DNA from: Blasia pusilla
Taxonomy: Eukaryota
Length of the DNA: 64,000 nt
Reading direction: 5' to 3'
Assembly: GCA_050084515.1 (NCBI GenBank)
Contig: CM114271.1
Coordinates: forward strand, 7,750,001 to 7,814,000
In this document: piece after piece, positions 1 through 12,179 of the stretch
How the letters are laid out: every line of letters begins with the position of its first letter
Position numbering within the stretch: the first letter of the stretch is position 1
The notes under the pieces: model-generated
What the model saw: only the letters and a program-made list of their open reading frames with translations
Databases searched by the model: none
What the model was told of the DNA's origin: nothing
Made by a program: the position numbers and the translations under genes

Positions 1-145
1 TATCATGACAATCAGTTCCCCTGCATTAGAGTGGAGCACCTCAAATTCCTAGGAATGAATATCTTGACCTCTAGGTAAGGATCTTGAAAACCATCTTCCC
101 AATAATTCCTTCTCCAGAGGAACTAAAACCTTTCCAACAGCATAC

Positions 146-3100
146 CTCCTTCACAAAAGCATCTGTGTTATCCATTTGCTCATTGTGATTCTCCTCTTTG
201 GTGGATTCTTCTATCTGAGGAGGCTTTTGTCGCTCTTCAAACTGCCCAAAAACATCACACACATTGAGAATGATTAGGATTCAAGGCAAGAGCTAAGGAA
301 CCCAGAGTTTGTCTTGTCATGCACCATATGACAGGACAACATGTAGAGGAACTAGAATAAGACATTGCTGAGACTAATTTCTGGCAATTCTGAAAAATGA
401 CAAAGGACATAACAGTACCATACCTGAGCAAGGGTTGAATAGACGAGTCTGACCCACAGTGATCGAACTCTACTCTCCTGCAGTTAGCAGCTACAGTTTT
501 TAGTAGCCAATTCAGCATTGTTATGTCTTCCAGATATAGAATAGAATAGAAGCCTACTCAAGATCAGAAACTCATTCTAAGGAACTTCCCTCTTGGTGGA
601 AATGAAACCTCCAGTTACCAGTGGGTCTCTTTATATGAATTTCTTTCACCCAGAGTCATAATGTAAGCCTAAATTGCTAAGAAGGTAGTGGCAGACCTTT
701 CCGTCATGTACAGTAGCCTAAATTCACTGCCCAAGGCTGCAGCACTGGAGCCATTGCATGATGAAGTTTAGTGAACATGGGAGTGGAGATGTAAGGACCC
801 TGCATTATGGATCTCCTAGTATTAATGAAAGTGTGGTAGTCTACTCCTCTCCCTAATTTTCCAAGACTGACTGTAATTTACTTCTAGTCGTTACCCAAAC
901 TGCTAGAGATATAGGTGTAGAGCAATTCAGCTGAAAGATTCTTGTAAGTGCCTAAAGGCAAATCTTTGATATATACGCCCCTCTTGCAAAGCCATTCTCT
1001 GCATCCGTTGCCCCGATTTTTGGCCTGACAACCAGCATGCTTCAAACACTATTGCAGAAAGGCAATTTCCAACAGTCGCATAAACCATTGAAGTGGAACA
1101 TCCACGCTAACACCCTGGCCTACAACAATTTGATCAGAGTAATCAACTATGTGTGGGGAGTCATAGATCATCATTATTAGGGGGAGGAAATGATGATTAA
1201 GATGATTAGAAGGAAGGAGATGAGGATAAAGATGATTAGGAGGAGGAGGAGAGGATCAAGAGGTGCTGTTCAAATGGTCGGGAAAGGGACTTTTTGTTAG
1301 GCTTGTAGCCAGTTCTGGTCTTGTAGGTTCCTAAAATAACAGAAGTGGGAGGAGATGATCCAGGGTAGGACAAGGTCATTGAGAGTGACCGAGAGTTAAA
1401 AGAGATTGTCCTCATTTGAGTAGTCCCTTCCGTAGCCTTGCAACTATAGACTGCACGCCATAGTTGGACGGTGTTAGAGACTGGGATGGGTGCACAAGGA
1501 GGAAGAAGACAAGGAAGTACCATATGAGAGGGCGACTAGCACTCAATCCATGTGAGTGAAATCCTGGGTCTGGACTGGAGCATCCAAGCATACCTGACTG
1601 GATAATCCTCACAACTTCTGCAGACAGTCGTGTTTGCAGAAGTCAACTCCTCAAGGGTGATTTTCCCTTGGTCCTGGGTGAAAACTGCTCTTTTAATTTG
1701 GACGCTACTAGACCAGTTGCACATCGAAACTATCAATAACCATATTCATACCAGCCAGTAAACAAGGAATCCTACACAACGACTCCTATCATGTCCTAGA
1801 GCATGCATGATAGAGTTTAAGGTTTGATACGTCACGTGTCATACTCTTTGACAATTTAACCTTGAATTGTGGGTTCCGCTATCGTCGTTTAAGGAACTTG
1901 AACATTTATGTCACTCATCGAGGATATGCTACTGGCATGCTAATGTGATGTGAATACGAGAAACCAATTACTTGATCTGATAGGCCTAGCGGCGATTAAA
2001 CCTAAGATCAGGAACTTTTTAATGAATGGATGAATTGACCAGATAACGAAGCTTGTATACACACCTCGTTCATGATTGAATCATTCGAAAACCTTTGGTT
2101 TCGAATTGCAAAGGCACCTGTTAACGCGCCATCCTGGAGAACTAACTGTAGCTGAAGCTCTTTCAAACCAAACCCGTAGGAGTGAGCTTCCATGCAAGTA
2201 TCAGCAAACTCCTCCACTGCCACCTGCACTACAATCATTCCATTCGTAGAAAAGTTTACTTTATCTCAAGAGGAAAAATGTCAGCATTTTCTTGCTGCCC
2301 TTGGAATAGAATAAAATCTTGTTGCTCGGTTGCCACGTGTTTGCAAATAAGAAGGCACTCTCCAATAATAATATATATAGCCACAGCAAGATACACTAGC
2401 TTATCATTATATTCAAATCTCCTCACAGCTGCCATAAACCGGGATTAAAAAGTCAGTATCTGTAAATTTCTTCGAACCAGACACAGCTTCAGTTGCACCC
2501 ACACACATCCAATGCTCGCTCCGACCATTCCGCTCGATTTGAATCCCAGGGACAAGAGAATCGCACCTGAAACGGTTTGCCTAGCCCTTCTATGCGAGCT
2601 TGGATGAAAGCTTGTTGTAATCTGTAAGCCAGTTTGTGTGCCCTCCTGTTCTGCTCAACCAGGTGTTGAGGGACGGGATTGCTCTCTCCATCCTCTTTGC
2701 CCCTGTTCCCCGTAGCAATGGCGAGCGCTGGTGGGATATCCCAAGGCTCTGGGGGTTCTTGAAGAATTCCAGGTTCCTCTCGACTCCCAGCTTTGTTTGG
2801 CCTCTCTTGAAGGTGAGACCCAGAGATGAATGGCAGAGTGTCCGAGGTAGAGGGTTGAGAGGACAAAGCCGCAGACAGAACTCTCACTGCTGAAGATACT
2901 TCGTTGAGAGTGGTAGAGAGAACTTCTAGAGATCGAGACAAAGTCGTCATACATTGGCGCATCTCATCTTGTGTCAGCTGACCCCCAATTTGCAGAGATG
3001 GAGCTGATTGCGATGGTGGCGACGATAACGAAGACCAAGAATCTGGACTACTATTTCTTGAAGCTGAATCAAACGCTTCATATAAAGATTCTTCACGAGA

Positions 3101-3406
3101 ATCACCAGATGATTTCTGGACGCTGTTCGAGTTAACTTCACTGGCTGTGGAATCTTCTTGTCCTGAAGGAAAAATATTGTCATCCCCCGTGGGTTCATCG
3201 GACTCAAAATGCTCATTGCTGCTATTACCCGACAGCGTGGCCCGAGGGCAACATAGTGAGAAGGAACGGGAGCATGTCTTGGAAATCCGAGGCAGACGAT
3301 TCCTTGTATGCACTACGGTTGCAGCAGCACGAGCGAGGCTGAGGCGCACAATTTGAGGGCAAGGAGATTTCGCGGGTATGAGAAGATTCCAGCACAGGAG
3401 AGCCAT
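146..3406 (-). CDS. Spliced host gene, uncharacterised protein with probable plastid transit peptide; 3' part lies off the left edge of the window
   Basis: Four phase-0 exons with GT-AG junctions join in frame: 3406-2567 (MALLCWN...GLGKPFQ), 2223-2065 (VAVEEFADTCMEAH...SIMNE), 477-424 (ESRVRSLWVRLVYSTLAQ), 241-146 (FEERQ...DAFVKE). The N-terminus is Arg/Ser/Ala-rich and lacks acidic residues, like a transit peptide. Confidence 0.75.
1432..1530 (-). mobile_element. Short 3'-end remnant of LINE family A in an intron
   Basis: TAGCCTTGCAACTATAGAC...GGACGGTGTTAGAGACTGGGATGG...GTACCATATGAGAG matches the LINE 3' end at 30781-30875. Confidence 0.65.
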
Positions 3407-3865
3407 TCTCCCCAGACCCGAGTATTCTCTTTCAACGAGAACAAATGGTCTAATCTGCTCCCGAATTCTCCAGTCTTACTCAAAGAGAAGAAGCTAGGGC
3501 AAGAACAACATCCCAAACTCCCATTTGTAAATTCTTGGCTGCCATGTGCACTTCTCTTCCATGCACTTGATCAACTCCAGTTCCTTCTAACGTAACGCAC
3601 TGCCAACAATCGACTATACCCAAAAGAAGTTCTCTGAAACTCTCGGCCATTGAACCTGGCTTGCTCTCAGTGTCCCGGGAACACGAGAATGTGGAAACCA
3701 AGGTGCATGGGACAAAAGCATGTCGATTGTTTCGTCGACGGACCGGTATCAGCACACGTGTGATCATTTCCCCACTTCGGGGCAGGAAAGGAAGTGAGGC
3801 GGCACTCAGGCCCGAAGCCCATAGTTCGTCCCGGAAAGGCATTCAGCCGGGTCGGGCCACGTTTC

Positions 3866-3975
3866 ATATAGACAATATAGATTTGGGATTATGACCATAT
3901 ACTAAATGGTTGTATAGTCAATATAGACAATATAGATTTGGGATTATGACCATATACTAAATGGTTGTATAGTCA
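3866..3975. repeat. Perfect 55-bp tandem duplication
   Basis: ATATAGACAATATAGATTTGGGATTATGACCATATACTAAATGGTTGTATAGTCA occurs at 3866-3920 and 3921-3975. Confidence 0.95.
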
Positions 3976-4799
3976 TGCAACTTTTGTTACCAAGATAATA
4001 TGATTGTAAATTCATTCGAGGATTTATTATTTTTCTCGAGGGATATAGGACATAATTGAAAAATGTAAATATGTGACTTAGAGTGATTGTACATGATGTA
4101 TGATGTATCATTGTGTCACTATTGTTGAGAACTTTTTGTCACAACCTTTACCTTCTGGATTTTTCTAGAAGGTAAGTTGAAGATGGACTTTCCACCTCAT
4201 GAAGACCGTAGTCCTTATGACAAGGAGGATGATGGATAAGGGGGATAACCACACAATTCACAAAGTAGGCCAAGGTCAATGAAAGTGAACAAGAAGACAA
4301 TCTTCTTGTTCGTCAAAAAAAATGAATTGACGGTGCACTTGGGCAATGCTTTCTAAAACTTAAAGTTCACCTAACATCCCTTTTTTTTCGAGAGAGAGCT
4401 TACTAAATTCCAGTTCGATTTTAAAAGCCCCAATCCTCTTCTACCACTCTCCTTGCAAAATCCCAATTGCACAATAAGCCACTCGAACCTTGAGTTCGTC
4501 AACTTTGCCTTAAGAATATCTTGATTGGTGTCGTTCTTCAAGTGCGACTTTAATTCATCTTCAATGATCAATACAAAGACCGTTTTCTTGTACAGCTTCG
4601 TTGATGTTGGCCAACTTGGCCAACGCTTCCTTAAGCTTAAAGTTGACCTTACTTCCTCTTCTACTCCGAGAGGTCTTCAAAATTTCCAAGTTCAATGAAA
4701 AAGGCCCAATCCTTCTTCCACTCATTTTCACTTGCTCGTATATATGCAGTAGTATACTCTTGGATTTTTTGATCAAACCGGTTCGAAGCTAATATTCAC

Positions 4800-5725
4800 T
4801 TTCAAATCCTATCCAAATAAGTCCATCTAACATTCGCGTAGGCATTCTCAACAACAAGGTTGTACATCACATCCTTAAAAAAATTCTCGACCATTCCTAT
4901 TGCAAAGATATCTATGGCTATGCTAAAAGGAACCTTATAGGCTCGGGTATCAAATCCGGTGCTACGAGCCCAACATGGGGCCACCATCTGAGAGGCAAGA
5001 CTAACCACTCATCATCCCATGACGCATTTCCCCGAACTCCAACCCCATGGTTGCACATAAACGGACAAGTCCGTCCTTGGGATGGACATGGATAGAAAAT
5101 TTTGGACATGGCAATGGACATGGATAGAAAAAAAAATGGGGGCCACACTTATCGTTCATGGTGGAAGGCAAATCAAGGGCGGGCGAGGCAATAAGGGGGG
5201 AGTGAGTGGAGGTGAGAGGAGGAAGGAATGAGAAAGTACAAATCATTTGCATGAAGGCAAGGAGGGATGAGAAAGAAGGGTCATATGGGGCCAATATGGA
5301 CAAGTCCTTCTATTGGATAGACGTAAGTCCATGGACATAGACATTTCCATGGACTTGGACTTTGTTGATGTGCAACCTTATCCAACCCCGATGTATGGCT
5401 CAAAGTTGGATTTAAAATGAATGAAAGTATTCCTTGCTTGAAGATCGCCATGAAAAACTTCATGGTTCTTGACAATTTTCAGGGTAACAAGCAAGGCAAC
5501 AACAACCTCAATGATATTTGATCCTAACCTGTGACATTTGATCTTCTGTAACTCTCCTAAACTTGCCCCTTTATTCTTCAAGGTATGGCATGCTTGCAAC
5601 TTATTTTCAAGGTGCCTACCATTCGTACATGGATAGATGGTACGCGGTGGATCCTCAACCCACCTTCCCAACACGAGAACTATTCCTCGATATAAAATAG
5701 CATCAAACATCTCCTCTCCCATCAT
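4800..5725 (-). pseudogene. Degenerate protein kinase pseudogene, interrupted by a MITE; may extend further both ways
   Basis: Kinase subdomains appear in order: GIVLVLG (IV), IYPCTNGRHL (V), HGDLQARN (catalytic loop), YIGVG-VRG (degenerate DWG/DFG, frame restored by removing the MITE), VAPDL (APE), SIAIDIFAIG (IX). Frameshifts are present. Confidence 0.6.
5046..5380. mobile_element. hAT-type MITE (335 bp)
   Basis: TIRs CATGGTTGCACAT ... ATGTGCAACCTTA are flanked by the 8-bp TSD TCCAACCC (5038-5045 and 5381-5388). Internal TGGACA subterminal repeats. Confidence 0.85.
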
Positions 5726-6459
5726 TTACTATCTTGAATACAACGGAGATGCATCCTTACACACCTTCATGCAATAGAGGATATCTTACTAAAGCCCATG
5801 GTTTGGTGTATTTTTCAGCAAGAGACGATTCTTGTCTTGAACCTCATAACCGAACGTGTGTCAATGCTAAACATCGGGAATCTAGTAGGCTCACACCACA
5901 CTATGATGGATGCGCATCAAAGAGGTCTATTGAAGGACACATGAGATGTGAGACATTGAGTAAGATTGAGTTTTTCATATGTTGGCAATCGCGACTCGGG
6001 AAAATCGTGACTAAGCGCAAACCCAAACTTGAGAGGATTCAAGTCTAAGAAGAGTGGATTGCCAAAGAGGATGAGAACCAGACTTGGAACTTTACTAACA
6101 TTTGGTGTTTGATTATGTTTAAGGTCATAATCACCAATAACAAGGTGCGTTTGGGATAAGTAAGGGGGCATTGGAAAGCTCACACAAAGATTGTTCCAAA
6201 TCACTAAAGATCTTGACGAATGCATGAGTAGAGACAGAGAAATTTTCTGAAATCTTTTAGAAGGATAGTTGGGTTGCCGGCAAAAATGCGTGGCCCGAAA
6301 GTAATTTCTCAGATGTAAGGGGAGGGCGGAGAACCTGAGAAGTATATGTAAGGGGAAAAATCTCTAAGGCTGCTTAGGACCTCTACTCCACTTTGGGGAT
6401 CCATGGGGCGAACCAAGGGTTGAGAATGGATCGGGAGGTTGAGGTTTGGGTGCAAACAC

Positions 6460-8522
6460 CAAGCCAAGTCAAAGTAAGTGGATCTCGAAGTACAGCTCGT
6501 ATGAGGGTGAGTGCTTGGCTGCGATGTGGGCTGTCGCGCATTTCAGGTGTTACTTATTTGGCAACCCCTTTACCATCATCACTGATCATCAACCACTAAA
6601 GTGGTTGATGGAGTCCGACAAGCTTACAGGGAAGCTTGCGAGATGGGCTCTGTTGTTGCACGAGTATGATTTTCAGGTGGTACATAGACCTGGAACGCTC
6701 AACCAGGATGCAGATGGGTTGAGTCGTAACCCATGCCCGAGTCAGCGAGATGCGACTGGAGCTCGATGGCATGGAGAGAGTGATGAGGAGTCGGTGCCAG
6801 GATGGGCACGCCAGCCTATTTAGGCATGTTGGCTATGGAGAGCCAGCAGTGGGGAGACTTCGAGGGCGAGTTCTAGTGGAGAGTCTTTGGATCCCGAGGC
6901 CAGTGAGGACACGACAAGTGGCCGAGATATTCATGATGATGGAGTAGTCTTAGAGTACCTTCGTACTGGCAGCCTTGCGAGCACCATGGATGCTAGAGAG
7001 CGGGATCGGATCCTACAACGGGCCAGACGGTTCCGTTGGGAGGGGACACATGTTTTGAGGGTTTGGGAGGATGGCAGAGTACGCGTAGTGCTGCATCCTT
7101 TGCAGAGAGCACGACTAGTGCAGCATGCCCACAAGGAGTTGGGTCACTTTGGGGTGAAGCGGACGTATAGCTTGCTCCATTCAGTATTGGTGGCGAGGCA
7201 TGCAGATCGCGTTCGGCAGATTTGTTGCCAGGTGCATGGTGTGTGATCGGGTCCGAGCATCGTTCAATGCTCCGACTCCACAGTTGCATCCATTACCGAT
7301 CATGGGCTTAGGGTATAGATGGAGTTTGGATTTTGCAGGACCTTTGCCCTTGACGGAGCGTCACAATCGTTATGTGTTGGTGATGGTCGAGCACTTCTCG
7401 AAGTGGATTGAGTTGGTTGCATTGCCTGACAAAGCAAGTGAGGGAGTAGCTTATGCCTTCCTTGACAGAGTGCTGAGTCATTATGGCGCACCAGCTAAGG
7501 TGTTGACAGACCAAGGTACCGAGTTTCGCGGTGAGTTCCAGGCCTTGTGTGATCAAGCGCTGATTGACCACCGCACAACTTCGCGAGATCATCCTGAGGC
7601 GGATGGATTAGCGGAGAGAGTTGTGCAGACGGTGAAGAGGGGTTTACGCAAGTTTGGCTTGCAGAGAGGTCACCTAGGAGATTGGGACCTCTAGTTGCCA
7701 TGGTTGGCGATGGGATACAGATTCAGCAGGCAGGCATCCTTAGCGTCTTTTTCACCGTACTTGCTACTTTATGGCGAGAGCCGATTTACCTCGGCCATTC
7801 GTCGAGATCTTTGGTGAGGTTGAACCTTGATGACCCAGATGTATGGGTGCGAGCATGTTCTCAGAGGGCTGAGTTATTTCGGAGAGTGATGTCCATGGCG
7901 TTCGAGAACTTGGCGATTGCACAGCATCGGGATACGTTGAGGTATGTGACTATTCGAGGTGGTGGTTATCGACCAACTATCCGGAGGTTTCATCAGGGAG
8001 ATTATGTCTATTTGCAGCAGACGGCACCGACGACGTTGGATGTGACTGTAGGGCGCACTATCCTGAGAGTGCGTGATATTTTGCCATCGGGTGTTCTCTT
8101 GCTGGAGGGACGCGATGGTATGGTATGGAAGGACCATGTGCGTAATTGTGCGCCATGTCACCTTCCTAACATTGATGGTACAGTAGATCCGAGCTTAGAA
8201 GTAGTTCCTGCAGGCTTGCGTTGTATGTTGTGTGGATCTGCCCGTGGTGCGGCCACGATGCTAGTCTGTCATGGGTGTTCGAGAGGATGGCATATGGCAT
8301 GTTTGACGCCACCTCTCACTAGGGTTCCTCAGGGACGATGGATGTGTCCCAGATGTACATAGAGAAGGTAGTTCTACATTCCGACTTGTGTCTATGACAT
8401 GGATGACAAGGAGGCGACTAACGATGAGGCCACATGAGCACCCGGCCTTCTTGCCCTTAGCGTCCCAGAGATGTATGTCATGGTAGGTAGGGATAGATGG
8501 CTATCTGGAGTTAGAGGGACCT
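6460..8522 (+). mobile_element. Ty3/gypsy pol 3' fragment: RNase H - integrase - C-terminal PHD finger, then start of 3' LTR (~8476)
   Basis: RNase H: YSSYEGECLA, TDHQPL, ARWALLL, NQDADGLSR. Integrase HHCC region: HKELGHFG...CMVC. Core: LDFAGP, TDQG, GLAERV. PHD C4HC3 at 8222-8356. Several frameshifts and stops. Confidence 0.92.
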
Positions 8523-9725
8523 TGTGATACCCACAATTTTGTAATCTTGAAGAATATATCTTTTTATTCAACGAAGACTCTTGTTTATTATGATTTTGAT
8601 TATTTATTATTATGAAGAAGAATAAGTGAATCACCAAGCTCCTAAGATAAGGCAAAGAGATGGAAGATCAAGGATTTGCCTTAGAGGAGAATCAAAAGCT
8701 GTAACAAAGTATAAAGGATCAACGCGAAGCTCAGCGAAGTTTAGCGAAGCTTAACAGAGACTAACGAAGCTCAACGAAGCTCTGTATACGAAGTACTTCG
8801 CTCTTGAACGAAGCACGAAGCACGAAGCACGAAGAACAAACACGAAGCAGAAAGAAGAATGAAGAACTTCGTCCTCCGGAAATTTAGCGCAGCGAAGCTC
8901 AGCATGATTGAGATTCGAACCGACACATAGTTTAAACAATTAGACTAGGAAAGGGCGCGACCCTTTGTATCAAATTGTTAGTTAGGACAGTTTTGTATCG
9001 CGGATTCATAGGGATCGTAGGAAAAGCTAAGAGAACCATAGATCTAGGTAGTTACAGATATTGAAGAGACACCAACTTCATCAAGAACGCTTCGGATTAT
9101 AGAAACGATCCTACTCTGGAGAATATTTAAGAAACAAGACATAAGGTATTATCATCATTCACTCATGAAGTCCTTATGCTGTAGGAATGGTCCGAGTAAG
9201 AGAGTTGTACCCTCTCGAGCTTGTAGATACTTTGAAGTCTTCCAATTCTTGATGGAGTAGTAAATCATTCATTCATTCATTCTGATGTGCGATGCTTATG
9301 TCTGAGTATTCTTTTTGGGTATGCCGAGTGAAGAGTGAATCAGGCGAACCTTTCTCGTCAATGGAATAATCAACATAAAGTTGTATGAAATCTGTTTGAC
9401 AGAGAGTAACCTGCTCCGACGGATTGAGTTCCGAAAGTAGGAGAAGCCAGCTTTATTCTTGAGATCTCTGTGAGGTTCCGAGATATCGAGAGAACAAATT
9501 GCCTGAGCGTACTTTAAACTCCACTCGAGAGAATTGAGAAAGAAAACATAGGTACTAAAAAGAATCGGAAGATGTTATTGGAATACTACATTTGAATTAC
9601 CTAATCAATTACACTTTTACAACATAATCATCACTTTATATTCTCTTTTCATCCAACAATGATCCTCTTGGGGATCGAACTCTACAATTGACTGTAAATA
9701 AGAAACACTTAGACATTACATATAG
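8523..9725 (+). mobile_element. Athila-like LTR (copy 1), inserted into the 3' LTR of the PHD gypsy; 3' end rearranged
   Basis: Starts TGTGATACCCACAATTTT. It is colinear with the reverse complement of 59478-60770, with shared blocks such as GATCAAGGATTTGCCTTAGAGGAG, GAAAGTAGGAGAAGCCA and ACATTACATATAG. Contains CGAAGCA repeats. Confidence 0.8.
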
Positions 9726-9772
9726 TCGAAGACTTTATGTAATGTCTAATATGAGCCGCCCCGGCGAACACT

Positions 9773-11480
9773 TCATGATGTATCTCCTATCTCCATAAAA
9801 GTGTCGTCTAAACTATCAAATTCAAGGGTAGGCACACAACGGCCGTGAATCGTAGAAGGTTTGTTGATAATGTTAGGGGTACGATTGCGCATTCTTTCTC
9901 GCGACTTGTTAACAACTAAGTGACTCCCTAGGACTTCATTCTGGACTAAGACATCAGATGGAGTGAATGCTGGCAATTCTTCAAGAGTAAGTGAAAGAGT
10001 GGGTACTACTTCTGGAAGAGACTTGGTATGATTGTCGAATTGGCGCTTCCAATGTTTGTTGATGTAGTCGATTTCCTCGTTCATCTGCTCTTCGAAGTTC
10101 TTGCGAAGCGTGGTCTTCGTGCAGCTCTTTGACATCTTCCGGGTCCATCTGGGCTTCGCTGAGTAGCTTCTGGTCTGCCTCCAAGACTGCGATTCTCCCG
10201 GTAGCCTCCGCCCACTGCGCCAGTAAGTCTTTGTTCGCTTCTTGATGTTCTTGAAGCAACTTCGAAGATTCAGCATGTTGGATCGACAACTTCTTGAATT
10301 CGGTGTGAACCCGCCGTGTTTGATGTTGATGCTTGTCAATGAGGTGCGAAGCTTCCTTGATCTGTGAAACAAACTGATCCGCCCCACATTCGAGGTTAAT
10401 CGCCAAACTTTCCCATTGGCGTGCGTTCCGTGCTTCGTACTGACACTGGACCAAGTCGCATTGAGCTTTGCGAAGCGTGGTCTTCGTGTCTTCGAGTTCT
10501 TGATTCCGTAATTGCAGATTCATTTATGCTACTCGACGCTGTACTTCATGGTCTGACGAAGCTTGGGCTCTGCAGTTGAGGTCGTGCAGGCCTTCTAAAT
10601 AATCGTGCACGGATGCCATATCCTCGAGGTGAAGAACCCGCTGGAGTTGGTTCATGACAGGAACTGCCAATTGCAAGAACCATATCATGTCGTCTGCCGT
10701 CTGCGACATGAGGCGAAGTGCAGGTTGATGATCGCTTGCCCGCGGGTCTCGCCGTAATCCTCCCGCATGATGATTGTTGGGTCCGGGGTGTTTCAAAATT
10801 GACCCGGCCTCGCTTTGGCCGAGGCATTTCGTTGGTATCTTCGTCTTTCTTCAAAGCCGAAGTATGAGGATGTTGCTGAGGTGCTTCGGAGGGTGGGGTG
10901 ACTTCGCGACTATCCATGGTTCTAGTTGCGCCCTTCCGTGGTAGTCGGACGGGGGTCACTTGCGACCAATCTAACGCCTCCTCTGCGGTTAAATCCTGCT
11001 TGTGAATATAAAGATGGATCAAGAAAGGAGATAGGAAGGACTTCGTGCTTGGATGAAGCACTTCCACCATTCCTCGTACGTGACCGTCCACAAAAGCAGC
11101 AAAGTCGACTCCTGGGGCTTTGGGGTCAAGGTGCTGGTTCCAGATGATGTAGCACATCTTCAAGAGCTTGTCCGTCAGATAGTAAGAACGAGCGGGATAA
11201 AACAGGGTCATCAGATGTTTGCAAAATTGACCAAAGACGAGCGGAGAGAGTGACGAAGCCTTGTAGCCGTTCCTGCCCAGGCGCTCAGACGTGACACAGC
11301 CGAGTGCTTAAAGATCTTCATGTTTTACTAGCAACTCCTTGTCATACTCGTACTCTGGCGCAGCCGGGAGCAGACAAGTTGCTCTCCTGTCGTCCGCCGT
11401 CCAGTGTTGGGGCTGAGCTCGATACCAAAGACTCTTCTTTCAAAACTTGGCGACAGCAGACGTAAAGCGAAGCTCTCCCA
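9773..11480 (-). mobile_element. Degenerate accessory ORF of LTR-retrotransposon type, with C-terminal coiled coil
   Basis: Broken reading frame RAQPQHWT...GRNGYK...LFYP...SFLSPFLIHLY followed by a heptad-rich Q/E/K/L region (9981-10523). Resembles extra ORFs of bryophyte gypsy elements (from recollection, not searched). Confidence 0.5.
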
Positions 11481-12179
11481 GGAGTTCATTCTTCTTCCTG
11501 CTTCGTGCTTCTTGGCCATGCACATCCTTCTTGGCGGGCATGACAGTGGCAGATGCATACTCCCCATGCGACATCTCCACTAGTCCTGCTCCGACCAAGT
11601 CTTGGCTCCTACTCAATCGAGCCCTCTCCATATCATCACTGTAGGGTCGTCGGAAGATCGGCATATCACTCGACAACTCAATGCGGATCCCGGTCCCTTG
11701 AGCGCACCCAAATCCTCTATGCTAAACGCAAAGCAGATCCTATAACTACTGAGGAACCGATGTATTCGGCGCCGCTCTCCTCTGTCAACTTAGGGCCCAT
11801 ATCGGCTCCCAAGTCTCCATTGTGACTACGGTAGGACTCTCCGCGGGTATCGGTGGTTGCTATGGTGCAACCCCGTCTCGAACAACAACACACTGCCGCT
11901 CTCCTGTGACCAGCGCAAACTCGATCTCCTCCACGTGTAAAGGTCGAAACCACGCCGATCTTTGTGGCTATCATCTCCTTGTGAACCTTCAAAACATCCC
12001 AAGAAGTCAAGGGTGTCTCTCCCGATCTCCCTGGTGCGTAGATCTCCTCGGGTCTCTCGCCCGCCCACGCCTCCACCGTCTCGGTAGGCATGGGGCTCAC
12101 CAACGCAACCGGCCGTGATCATCCACGATCTCATACGACGCTTTCGCCCACTCCCAAGCCGAGGATCCATGTCAGCGAT

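Noticed and set aside
930-1770. Extra small exons in the long intron of the left-hand gene
   Set aside because: Candidate AG/GT pairs lead to stops or early termination, whereas 2065 splices cleanly to 477 in frame.
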